This document shows, piece by piece, positions 17,917 through 26,471 of a stretch of 60,084 bases of DNA. The stretch lies in assembly GCA_039818805.1 (NCBI GenBank), contig JBCBTE010000001.1:1-60084 (forward strand). Direction: 5' to 3'. Source of the stretch: Pseudomonadota bacterium. Lineage in GTDB: Bacteria > Pseudomonadota > Alphaproteobacteria > Rhodobacterales > Rhodobacteraceae. Both the position numbers and the translations under genes were made by a program. The notes below the pieces were generated by a model. The model made no database searches and was not told the DNA's origin. It saw only the letters and a list, made by a program, of their open reading frames with translations. Position 1 is the stretch's first letter; each line of letters starts with the position of its first letter.

Positions 17917-20091
17917 ATGAGCAGCGCTTTTGACCAACTTGCCCGCCCTGTCCAGAAATGGATCAGACAGCAGGGGTGGCGTGAACTGCGGGATATTCAG
18001 GCGCGCGCAATTCGGACTATTTGCGAAAGTGACAACGATCTCATCGTCGCAGCATCGACGGCCGGTGGTAAGACAGAGGCCGCATTTTTCCCATTGATCT
18101 CTCAGGTGTTGGATGCACCGGCAGAGGGTGGCGGGTTCGACGTGCTCTACATCGGGCCACTTAAGGCGCTGATCACCGATCAGGCCGGGCGGCTGGAAGG
18201 CATCTGCCAAGAGGCGGAGCTTCCAGTGGTGGCGTGGCACGGCGATGTGTCGCAATCAGTCAAAACGCGCGCGATGAAAAACCCCAAAGGGATTCTATTG
18301 ATCACGCCAGAGTCGCTGGAGGCATTGTTCGTACGTCGGGGCTTGGAAATCGCGCGCCTGTTCGGTGCAACCCGAGCAGTGGTAATTGATGAGCTGCACA
18401 CCTTGCTCGATAGTGAGCGTGGGGTGCAATTGCGGTCTTTGCTGACGCGTCTTGAGTTGGTAATCAAAAGGCCCATCCGCCGGATCGGATTATCTGCGAC
18501 GCTTGGCGATATGGATCTCGCCCGCGCTTATCTGCGGCCTGACAATGTGGAACACGTCACATTAATCGAAGCAGAGGGCGGAGAAGCGGAACTTAAGCTC
18601 CAGCTGCGTGGGTATCTTTCCGGTGGAGAAGACGACAACACCCCGTCTGCCACAGACGCTGTCGCGGCACATTTGTTCGAGCATCTACGGGGAAGCGACA
18701 ATCTTGTGTTTGCCGGTGCCCGTCAACGTGTTGAAATTTACGCCGACCGATTGCGCAATCTTTGCGAGCAAGAGCATCTTCCCCAAGAATTCTATCCGCA
18801 CCATGCCAGCCTTTCACGCGATCACCGTGATTTTGTTGAACGGCGCCTGAAAGACAGCAGCAAACCGACAACGGCTGTCTGCACGTCCACACTAGAGCTC
18901 GGCATCGACATCGGCGATGTGACCTGTGTCGCCCAAATTGGTGCACCCTTCACTGTCGCAGCCCTGCGGCAGCGATTGGGACGTTCGGGACGTAGGGAGG
19001 GCCAGCCAGCGATCCTGAGACAATACGCAGTAGAAACGAGGCTCGCTTCGGATAGCAACTTTGTAGATCGTCTGAGGCTAGGGTTGGTAAGATCAATCGC
19101 GATGATTGACCTTCTGCTGGAGGGTTGGTGCGAACCACCAAAATCGCAAGCGCTGCATCTGTCGACACTTGTCCATCAAGTCCTTTCAGTGATTGCACAA
19201 CGGGGAGGGGCCCAAGCAAACATTTTATACAGCGTGCTTTGTCGCGAAGGGCCATTTCGCGAAGTCAGCAAAGCAGTGTTTACGGATGTGCTGCGCGCGC
19301 TTGGTCATCCTGAAACGGGCTTGATAGAGCAATCGGACGGGGGTTTGTTGCTCTTGGGACAAGGTGGAGAGCGGCTGGTCGAGCATTATAGCTTCTATGC
19401 GGTGTTCAAGACGCCTGAAGAATACAGGCTGGTTTCAAACGGGCGAGATCTTGGAACATTGCCGATCGATAACATCCTTTCACCTGGGATGATGCTCATC
19501 TTTTCTGGACGCCGCTGGCTGGTTCAGGAAATCCATGATCGCGAGAAGGTAATAATGGTCAAACCCGCCAAAGCAGGTGTGCCGCCTGTGTTCGGTGGTG
19601 ACCCGGGTGATATCCATGACAAGGTGATCGCGGGCATGTTCGATGTGTTCGAAGCTGATACTAAGCCCCTCTACATGGATGCCAATTCGCACGAAATGCT
19701 TGACGAGGCGCGGCTGAACTATGCGCAGATGGGGTTTACTGACGTGTCCCTAGTCAATTTGGGCGAAGAAACCTCAATCATCGCGACGCGGGTAGGGACA
19801 ATTAAGACGACGACCCTAGCGCTTGCGCTGAGAGGGTTTGGGTTTTCTGTCGAACAATATGACGGCTTCCTTCAAGTGGAAGCGGGGGACGAAACCCCGC
19901 CACTTACCGAGGTTCTCAAGAGGATTGGAGAAGGCGAAGTCGTTGATCTATTTGCAGGCGCTGGAAACCTGTTGACCGAGAAGTTTCATCCGTACTTGAG
20001 CCGAGATTTGTTGGAGTTGGATGCGATTTCATCACGGCTTGAGCCGCAAAAGCTTTCGAGCACGGTCGCAAGCTTTATATCTCATGGGTAG
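17917..20091 (+). CDS. sngC: Lhr-like DEAD/DEAH helicase, Shango SngC-like
   Basis: ASTAGGKT, PLKALITDQ, TPESLE, DELH, SAT, TSTLELGIDIG, QRLGRSGR. Confidence 0.88.
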   Translation: MSSAFDQLARPVQKWIRQQGWRELRDIQARAIRTICESDNDLIVAASTAGGKTEAAFFPLISQVLDAPAEGGGFDVLYIGPLKALITDQAGRLEGICQEAELPVVAWHGDVSQSVKTRAMKNPKGILLITPESLEALFVRRGLEIARLFGATRAVVIDELHTLLDSERGVQLRSLLTRLELVIKRPIRRIGLSATLGDMDLARAYLRPDNVEHVTLIEAEGGEAELKLQLRGYLSGGEDDNTPSATDAVAAHLFEHLRGSDNLVFAGARQRVEIYADRLRNLCEQEHLPQEFYPHHASLSRDHRDFVERRLKDSSKPTTAVCTSTLELGIDIGDVTCVAQIGAPFTVAALRQRLGRSGRREGQPAILRQYAVETRLASDSNFVDRLRLGLVRSIAMIDLLLEGWCEPPKSQALHLSTLVHQVLSVIAQRGGAQANILYSVLCREGPFREVSKAVFTDVLRALGHPETGLIEQSDGGLLLLGQGGERLVEHYSFYAVFKTPEEYRLVSNGRDLGTLPIDNILSPGMMLIFSGRRWLVQEIHDREKVIMVKPAKAGVPPVFGGDPGDIHDKVIAGMFDVFEADTKPLYMDANSHEMLDEARLNYAQMGFTDVSLVNLGEETSIIATRVGTIKTTTLALALRGFGFSVEQYDGFLQVEAGDETPPLTEVLKRIGEGEVVDLFAGAGNLLTEKFHPYLSRDLLELDAISSRLEPQKLSSTVASFISHG

Positions 20092-20132
20092 GGAACGCAG
20101 CAACTTTCAGACATAGACGGCTTTGCCTGCAT

Positions 20133-20630
20133 TTAGTTATCATTTCTGATTTTTACAGCTTCATCAGCGGCATTTGAGATGTGCTCTTTGATCCAGGCAT
20201 ACCGCTCTTTGCTATTGGAGCCGCCGGGTGTGTAGCATTTCACTATTGAAGATAGTTTCTTCCCAGTGTCACCGAATCCAATGTAATCAAAAGGGTTCTT
20301 TCCTTTTGGCGAAGTTTTGCCGTCTGCGTTGAGTAACCCGTTCACGTGGATACCAACCACGCCCATCTTACTGTCCCACGACTTAACGATCTCATGGTTT
20401 ATCCATTTTCGGTTTGCCGTGTCAGCACCGATCAAAACCACGGTGCAAGATCGGCCCTTCATTTGTTCCGCGATCCACTTTTCGATTGCCGCGTCCCCGC
20501 CACCAACAATCGTCTCCCAATCATTGTCAGGTGCAGGTTTGTTGCCCTCTATGGTTCCTATGTTTCGAACCTGCGAAACACGCCAGTTGTCAGGTTTATA
20601 CTGAAAGCTATAAAAACACTTGCGTACCAT
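20133..20630 (-). CDS. ThsB-like TIR protein (DUF1863/MTH538 type), last gene of the TIR-SLOG operon
   Basis: CFYSFQYKPDNWRVSQVRN...IEKWIAEQMKGRSCTVVLIG..T..RKWINHEI; catalytic Glu retained. Confidence 0.9.
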   Translation of the reverse strand: MVRKCFYSFQYKPDNWRVSQVRNIGTIEGNKPAPDNDWETIVGGGDAAIEKWIAEQMKGRSCTVVLIGADTANRKWINHEIVKSWDSKMGVVGIHVNGLLNADGKTSPKGKNPFDYIGFGDTGKKLSSIVKCYTPGGSNSKERYAWIKEHISNAADEAVKIRNDN

Positions 20631-20772
20631 TTCCAATGTCCCATCTGATCTGAATTTTTTTGTCGATGTAACAATCAATATGACCAATGCGCATGGGTAT
20701 GACCAGACATGATGACAAGGATAGAAAGAGGCCCGAAAGCCACTGTTTATTCTCGCCATGAGCCGAAGGCTC

Positions 20773-21946
20773 TAGTGTTCCCCACCTGACATAGGATTCC
20801 CTTTTGAGGCTAGGAGTGTCATTGTTGGTCCATGAGACGCGATGACATTTGCCTGTATCTGTGCCCCGACGACCGAGCCGAGCTTCAAGCTTTGGTTGCC
20901 AACCGCAACACCCCGCGCAAGCTGGTCTGGCGAGCCGAGATCGTGCTGGCGACGGCGGACGGTCACGGCACGTTCGAGATCATGCGGCGTGCGAAGACGT
21001 CGAAGCCCACGGTCTGGCGTTGGCAGGCGCGGTATCTCGACGAGGGCGTGGATGGCCTCAAACGCGACAAGACCCGGCCGTCGCGAGTGCCGCCGCTGCC
21101 GCGCGAAACGCGGCTGAAGGTGATCGCGAAGACGGTTCGGGAAGCTCCGCCGAACGCGACCCACTGGAGCCGGTCGACGATGGCCGAGGCGATTGGTATC
21201 TCGCCGTCGAGCGTCGGCCGCATCTGGTCCGAGGCAGGGTTGAAACCGCATCTGACGAAGGGCTTCAAGGTCTCGAACGACCCGCTGTTCGAGGAGAAAG
21301 TCACCGATATCGTCGGGCTTTACCTCGATCCGCCGGAGCGGGCGGTGGTCCTCTGTGTTGACGAAAAGTCGCAAATCCAGGCGCTGGACCGGACCCAGCC
21401 GGGGCTGCCGCTCAAGAAGGGCCGAGCCGCCACGATGACCCACGATTACAAGCGAAACGGCACCACCACGCTGTTCGCCGCGCTCGATGTCAAATCTGGC
21501 ATGGTCATCGGCGAATGCCTGCCGCGCCACCGCGCCAGGGAGTTCCTGAAGTTCCTGCGCCGTATCGATCGCGCCGTCCTGGGGCCACGCGAGGTGCATC
21601 TGGTTCTGGACAACTATGCCACTCACAAGACGCCCGAGGTCAGGACCTGGTTAGAAAAACACCCGCGTTTCAAGCTGCATTTCACGCCAACCAGCGCGTC
21701 ATGGCTAAACCTTGTCGAACGGTTTTTCGCCGAGATCACTACAAAGCGCATCCGACGCGGCAGCTATTCCAGTGTCGATGATCTGGAGGCGGCGATCTAC
21801 GATTACCTCCTGCAGCACAACGCAAAACCAAAGCCCTTCGTCTGGAGCAAAACCGCCGATGACATCATCACCCGCGAACGCCGAGCCCTCGATACTCTCG
21901 ATGAAATCAGAGGGAATAGGTAAGATGCGTCAGACTCGGAACACTA
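20773..21946 (+). mobile_element. IS630-family insertion sequence with TA target duplication in CTAG
   Basis: Ends CTAGTGTTCCccacCTGAC (20772-20790) and the reverse complement CTAGTGTTCCgagtCTGAC (21929-21947), 15/19 identical; higher GC than flanks. Confidence 0.92.
20832..21923 (+). CDS. IS630 family DDE transposase
   Basis: N-terminal HTH; CVDEKSQIQAL, HDYKRNGTTTLFAAL, VLDNYATHK, SWLNLVERFF. Confidence 0.95.
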   Translation: MRRDDICLYLCPDDRAELQALVANRNTPRKLVWRAEIVLATADGHGTFEIMRRAKTSKPTVWRWQARYLDEGVDGLKRDKTRPSRVPPLPRETRLKVIAKTVREAPPNATHWSRSTMAEAIGISPSSVGRIWSEAGLKPHLTKGFKVSNDPLFEEKVTDIVGLYLDPPERAVVLCVDEKSQIQALDRTQPGLPLKKGRAATMTHDYKRNGTTTLFAALDVKSGMVIGECLPRHRAREFLKFLRRIDRAVLGPREVHLVLDNYATHKTPEVRTWLEKHPRFKLHFTPTSASWLNLVERFFAEITTKRIRRGSYSSVDDLEAAIYDYLLQHNAKPKPFVWSKTADDIITRERRALDTLDEIRGNR

Positions 21947-22539
21947 GGGCGCATGTAGTCCTGGGAACTCTCACGCCAGGTTTCGAATTTTCGGGAGTTC
22001 GGTGCCTCAAAGATCATCATTCCTTCAGGACTCGTCACGACTGGACGAACGACCTTCAGTTCTCCATGTGAATCCTCCTCGAAGTAAGGATACAACCCCA
22101 GAAACTCGCGGCCCCGGTAGTAACGTTGATCGTCCTTTAATACTGGCAAGATTCCGACTGGACCGCACCCTCCATCAAACCAACCAAGTTCCCAACACAT
22201 CCAAAGTGATTGATCGGCAGATTCTGTATCTAAGAACAGCAATGTATCACACTTTTCCATCGTCTCTCGAATAAATGGTGCATTTGCGGGGGTGACCTCG
22301 TTTCGGTCCGCGTTTGGCTCATCAATCCAATCGCAGAAAACGACAAAACCTTTGCTAGTCAGATAGTCATAGACCCCAAGAACAATTTCGGCGTCGTGAA
22401 TAGTTTGCGATAGGAAGATATCGTAACGGGAATTCCGTCTCTGAGAAGCGCTTCGCAATGCTTCATCGACAGAAACACCTTCACTTTTGGCGCGTTTTTG
22501 GGCACGTGCACGGATAGCAGTCTGGCGTAAAAGTGCCAC
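21907..22539 (-). CDS. TIR-domain protein; C-terminal tail replaced by IS630 sequence
   Basis: YDIFLSQ...GFVVFCDW...SLWMCWELGWFDG...VGILPV...EFLGLYPY; removing the IS restores the ending MRPRAFGSWRE* (stop 20747-20749). Confidence 0.85.
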   Translation of the reverse strand: MALLRQTAIRARAQKRAKSEGVSVDEALRSASQRRNSRYDIFLSQTIHDAEIVLGVYDYLTSKGFVVFCDWIDEPNADRNEVTPANAPFIRETMEKCDTLLFLDTESADQSLWMCWELGWFDGGCGPVGILPVLKDDQRYYRGREFLGLYPYFEEDSHGELKVVRPVVTSPEGMMIFEAPNSRKFETWRESSQDYMRPSVPSLTHLTYSL

Positions 22540-22543
22540 CTAC

Positions 22544-23203
22544 CTAAGACCCAATACCATCTTGGTTCCAAAGACGATTTTCCACATCATGAGGTTGATC
22601 TTTTGGCACCTTATAACGCCTTTCCTGCGTAGAAATACCAAGATGTCGGTGAAACACGGCTACGTAGTCTAGGTCCGCAGAAAGGTCATCCATCACATTT
22701 TCCACATGGTCGGAAAGTGCCAACGCCGCTCCACCAGTCGAAATCACCGGGACCAAAGACGCCGTTGGCTGATGCTCTCTGAACAGGTTGAATTCTTCGA
22801 TAATCCCGCCCATACCACCAATAAACACCGCGCTGCCAAATCCGTGCTCCGAGAACATCCGACGGCGCATTTCTAGCAGGCTTCTCCCCAAATCACCCTC
22901 GACCCTTTCTGTGTATACAACGTTCTGAAATTGCTCGTTGTCTTCGGGATATTCATCGTTGAAAAAGTCCGTTTGGTAGAGCGTGACCCACTTTCCGTAG
23001 TCAACGTCCAGACTTCTTGCTACTTCCAATACCATTGGAGTGATCGCGGGATGGCCGCCCCAAACCAGCGGTCGCCGTCCAAGGGTGACATGTACCAACG
23101 CAGAGACAGCGGCATTGATGGCTACTGTGTCTGCCGTAGCTGCATACTCTGGACCACGTTTTGGATCTGGCACACCTGCGGAGAGGAAAATCGCATCAGA
23201 CAA
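22544..23203 (-). CDS. Stand-alone SLOG (cluster 3-like) nucleotide-sensing protein
   Basis: IFLSAGVP, LVWGGHPAITPM, SLLEMRRRM, AVFIGGMGGIIEE, STGGAA; TTG start 7 nt after GGAGG. Confidence 0.85.
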   Translation of the reverse strand: MSDAIFLSAGVPDPKRGPEYAATADTVAINAAVSALVHVTLGRRPLVWGGHPAITPMVLEVARSLDVDYGKWVTLYQTDFFNDEYPEDNEQFQNVVYTERVEGDLGRSLLEMRRRMFSEHGFGSAVFIGGMGGIIEEFNLFREHQPTASLVPVISTGGAALALSDHVENVMDDLSADLDYVAVFHRHLGISTQERRYKVPKDQPHDVENRLWNQDGIGS

Positions 23204-23205
23204 GA

Positions 23206-24366
23206 TCACGCCTCCCAACCTGACAGCGACCATGCCGCCTCGGACACCTTGATCGAGCGTACGGCCGCGATGTGATCATCCAACCATTGTAAATGTGCAA
23301 CCCAAGCATCGCGAATTCCAATATGATCGTATACTAGAACGGGGGTTCCGGCCTGATCAGACCGTTGCGCCTTTTCTGCAATGTCGTTCAGAGTTTCCGC
23401 AGAAGGGACGCCAACGACAGGGTAAGCCCAAATTCGTTGTTCGTCAGGTAAGGCGATAGATATGGCCCGATGGGCTCCTATGCCTTCAATTGTACCGCCT
23501 ATTTTTTCCACGTCTGCGCGGAGGCGCCCGGTTATAGCCATATACCTAGATGCGATGCTGCGACTTCTCAGCCTTTCGACTGCAAGTGCAATCGTATCAA
23601 CTGTTGCATCGATTATTGGGCCATCGGCACCTGCAAGTTCAGCCGCTTCCAAATATATTGACTCAGCGAGATCGGTCATCCTATTTGGTTGATGCTCGGG
23701 CCAGATAACCCTCAGTACTTGAATGTCTTTCGCTCTTGCACGACCGATTTCTTGGCGTGTCCATTTGCTGTCAAAGTAAGTTGGTGTGTCCAACATTACC
23801 ATGACGTCTGAGTCGCAAAGACGATGCCACAAAGCATCCTGAAATGGTTCTCCTTTCAAGATGTCATGCGTATCAAGGAAGACATCAAATCCTTTGGCAC
23901 TTAACGTGTCATGAAGCTGTACGGCAGCAGCGCGGGCTTCAGTTCGCCGGTAACTCACAAACACGCGGCGCTGCCTTCGTAAGAGTCCAACGCATTCTAA
24001 CATTGCTGCAGCGAGTTCAGTCATCTCGGCATCATTGTCCGCTAATTTCAACCCATTTGAGAACTGCAGAAAACCTGGAATGTCGGCCCCAAAATCACCC
24101 TTCGCGCCAACCGCCGGAATGATTGGCAAACTGGCGTTTACTAGTTGCTGAACTGTGTCCAACGCCCCGTTGTTGTCTCCTCCGAAAAATGCAGCGGAGA
24201 AAGCGGCGTGGATATCTCTGTCGCCCAGTGAGTCTAGCCCGTGTATTCTTACGTCGGCACCAATCCCGAGATCAAAATCGCTGACCATGCTGTCAATGGT
24301 TTTTGTCAATTGTTCTCTTTGCGCTGGCGTCACAGATCCGAGGATTGCCAACTCATAGACGCTCAT
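23206..24366 (-). CDS. Multidomain TIR protein (N-terminal alpha/beta domain + TIR_2 + C-terminal domain)
   Basis: VFVSYRR...GFDVFLD...FQDALWHRLCDSDVMVMLDTPTYFDSKWTRQEI. Confidence 0.88.
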   Translation of the reverse strand: MSVYELAILGSVTPAQREQLTKTIDSMVSDFDLGIGADVRIHGLDSLGDRDIHAAFSAAFFGGDNNGALDTVQQLVNASLPIIPAVGAKGDFGADIPGFLQFSNGLKLADNDAEMTELAAAMLECVGLLRRQRRVFVSYRRTEARAAAVQLHDTLSAKGFDVFLDTHDILKGEPFQDALWHRLCDSDVMVMLDTPTYFDSKWTRQEIGRARAKDIQVLRVIWPEHQPNRMTDLAESIYLEAAELAGADGPIIDATVDTIALAVERLRSRSIASRYMAITGRLRADVEKIGGTIEGIGAHRAISIALPDEQRIWAYPVVGVPSAETLNDIAEKAQRSDQAGTPVLVYDHIGIRDAWVAHLQWLDDHIAAVRSIKVSEAAWSLSGWEA

Positions 24367-24497
24367 GCGCGTGCGTATCCCAAGGTCATCCGCTGTGAAG
24401 CAGAGGAGCGCCAAGAGTCTTTAATTTCATTTGTTAAGATAGGTTGCTCTGGCATGCCAAATACTCTTGTTCCCTAGTTAGTTTCTCGAACGGCTAA

Positions 24498-25115
24498 CTA
24501 TGCATTTTTTCGGCGCAAAGATCGCGAAAGATCGTATTCGCAACCTGACCGATCTTCGTACGCAGCGTCAATCATTGTTGAAAGATGCCCGTGATTGGCA
24601 GCTATCGTTTCCCACTTCGTGACGGACATTTTTGCGCCGGGCTCCAATAAATTATCCTTAAGTCTGTCTGACAAAAAGGGGTAACGCCTGTCATATTCGG
24701 TTCGATCGTTGATAGAGATCCAACTCGTGTACTCGGGATAGATGGATTTTTTCTCTATGTCATGGGCTGCAGTTATGTGTTTTGGGTTAGTCGAAGGTAG
24801 CTGCACGACAAGTACACCAGACTTTTTGTTCACCGAACCGTCGAACATACTGGAGTAGGTCTCCCAGTCCACATGTTTCCGTCCCCAAGTTTCTGTGCCA
24901 ACCAATACGATGGTAACGGTGGAATCTCTTAGGTAGTTGTCGCGAATGATTTCTCGGATTCTTTCGGTAGGTAGCGTGTCATCGACATCGTCACTATTCA
25001 CGGATAAATCGATGAACAGATCTTCCTGTTCGTTCCAGCTCTGAAGCGCGTCTTTGGCCCATTGATCGTTCGCATGATGATAGCTGATGAAAACCTTATG
25101 TTTCACCACAAGCAT
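24498..25115 (-). CDS. ThsB-like TIR protein (DUF1863 type), first gene of the TIR-SLOG operon
   Basis: HKVFISYHHANDQ...IRDNYLRDSTVTIVLVGTETWGRKHVDWE. Confidence 0.9.
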   Translation of the reverse strand: MLVVKHKVFISYHHANDQWAKDALQSWNEQEDLFIDLSVNSDDVDDTLPTERIREIIRDNYLRDSTVTIVLVGTETWGRKHVDWETYSSMFDGSVNKKSGVLVVQLPSTNPKHITAAHDIEKKSIYPEYTSWISINDRTEYDRRYPFLSDRLKDNLLEPGAKMSVTKWETIAANHGHLSTMIDAAYEDRSGCEYDLSRSLRRKNA

Positions 25116-25199
25116 TGCTCCCCAAGAACAAAAAAACAAATGATGGCTTCTCGATCTCAGAAGGTCAATGAGCACAGAAATTGTCTCATTCTTGAAACC

Positions 25200-26360
25200 T
25201 TAAAGGCCTCTGTCTGAACGGCGCTTTCGAGGGAACTGGCCGTTTCGGACCAATTTGAGCGCGTTGTCCCGCTTCGTGACTTCAGCCAGCCAAATCCAAT
25301 CAGCGTACTTGTCGCCAGTTTGACGTAGGTGCGTATAGCGCTTTAGTGACGTCCAAGACCGATGGCCTGAATTGGCGGCAACGTACGGAATATTGAGGCC
25401 GAGCTCGAACAGGCGTGAAACACCGTCATGCCGCAGATCGTGAAAGTGAAGTCCTTTTATTTCCAGAAGCTTGCAGGCGCGCGTGAATGCTGCGCTGATG
25501 GCATCCGTCGAGTATGGAAAGATCTCGTCTTCTATCAATGGCATCGCTTCGATGATTGCCAGGGCCTGTTCTTGCAGATCACACCAGACGTCGTTGCCGA
25601 TCTTTTCGCCGGGGTTCTTCATGTCCCGGACCAATATGCGTTTGCCTTCCACGTCGAGGTCCTTCCAGCGGATGCGGACGATCTCTTCCTGCCGTCGGGT
25701 GGAAAAGATGGCAAAAGCGATGATCCTGTGCATGGGGATGGACGTGGGGCGACGGCGCGAGCGGTCGAGGAAGTGTTGCATCAGTTGGTCTAGTTCATCG
25801 AGAGTTGGACGCCGATCCCGTTCACGGCTCTTGCCGGTGATACCCAGTTTGTCAGCCACTTTCCGGGCGTCTTCCATAGCCTGCGCGCTTAGTGGAAAGC
25901 CCCAAGCCGGTCTGGCGATGGAGAACACCGCGCCGAGATGCGAAAGGTAGTTGGCGACGGTTTGAGGCTGGACGCCGCTGTTCAGCTTCTCTTGCGCAAA
26001 TTCGACGATGTCAGCGCTGGTTATCGCGTCACAGTGTTTGTCCGCGATATCAAACGTCTTGATGCTCTTCAGAACCTGGGTTTTGGTCCGACCGATCTGT
26101 TTGTTGCTTTCTTGGACATACTTGTCGATGGCATCGCTCAAGGTCGGTGTCTTCTTGCTTTTCGGTTGAGTTTTGAGCGCATCAAGGGCACCGGGCCGCG
26201 CCAGACTTTCTTCGCGATTTTCGATCCAAGCCGCAGCAGTTGATCTGCGCTCGAATGTCTGACTTTCGCGAAGTAAGACTTTACCTTGCCGCATCACTGA
26301 GATTTGAGCGAGCCAAGCTATGGTGCCATTCTTGCGACGACGCTTTATGATGGTTCCCAT
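25200..26360 (-). CDS. int: dusA-associated tyrosine integrase
   Basis: STRRQEEI (R), HFHDLRH (HxxR), SGHRSW (H), LKRYTH (Y); divergent from dusA. Confidence 0.93.
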   Translation of the reverse strand: MGTIIKRRRKNGTIAWLAQISVMRQGKVLLRESQTFERRSTAAAWIENREESLARPGALDALKTQPKSKKTPTLSDAIDKYVQESNKQIGRTKTQVLKSIKTFDIADKHCDAITSADIVEFAQEKLNSGVQPQTVANYLSHLGAVFSIARPAWGFPLSAQAMEDARKVADKLGITGKSRERDRRPTLDELDQLMQHFLDRSRRRPTSIPMHRIIAFAIFSTRRQEEIVRIRWKDLDVEGKRILVRDMKNPGEKIGNDVWCDLQEQALAIIEAMPLIEDEIFPYSTDAISAAFTRACKLLEIKGLHFHDLRHDGVSRLFELGLNIPYVAANSGHRSWTSLKRYTHLRQTGDKYADWIWLAEVTKRDNALKLVRNGQFPRKRRSDRGL

Positions 26361-26362
26361 GA

Positions 26363-26402
26363 TTTACAACATGGCCTTTCATTTTACAACACGTGTTGTA
26401 AA
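26363..26402. repeat. TTTACAACA repeats and a perfect 20-bp palindrome between int and dusA (candidate arm-type sites or operator)
   Basis: TTTACAACA at 26363 and 26383; TTTACAACACGTGTTGTAAA at 26383-26402. Confidence 0.65.
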
Positions 26403-26471
26403 TGTAGCAGATAATGGGCCTAAATGGCAATATATCGAACATAGACGAACTTGAACACTCGGAGATAAGTA

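Noticed and set aside
20631-20759. 43-aa N-terminal extension of the last TIR ORF
   Set aside because: Overlaps the orphaned tail of the upstream TIR gene; ThsB similarity starts at MVRKCFYSF
20772-21626. 284-aa ORF antisense to the IS630 transposase
   Set aside because: Shadow ORF from GC-rich codon bias; the plus strand carries the DDE motifs
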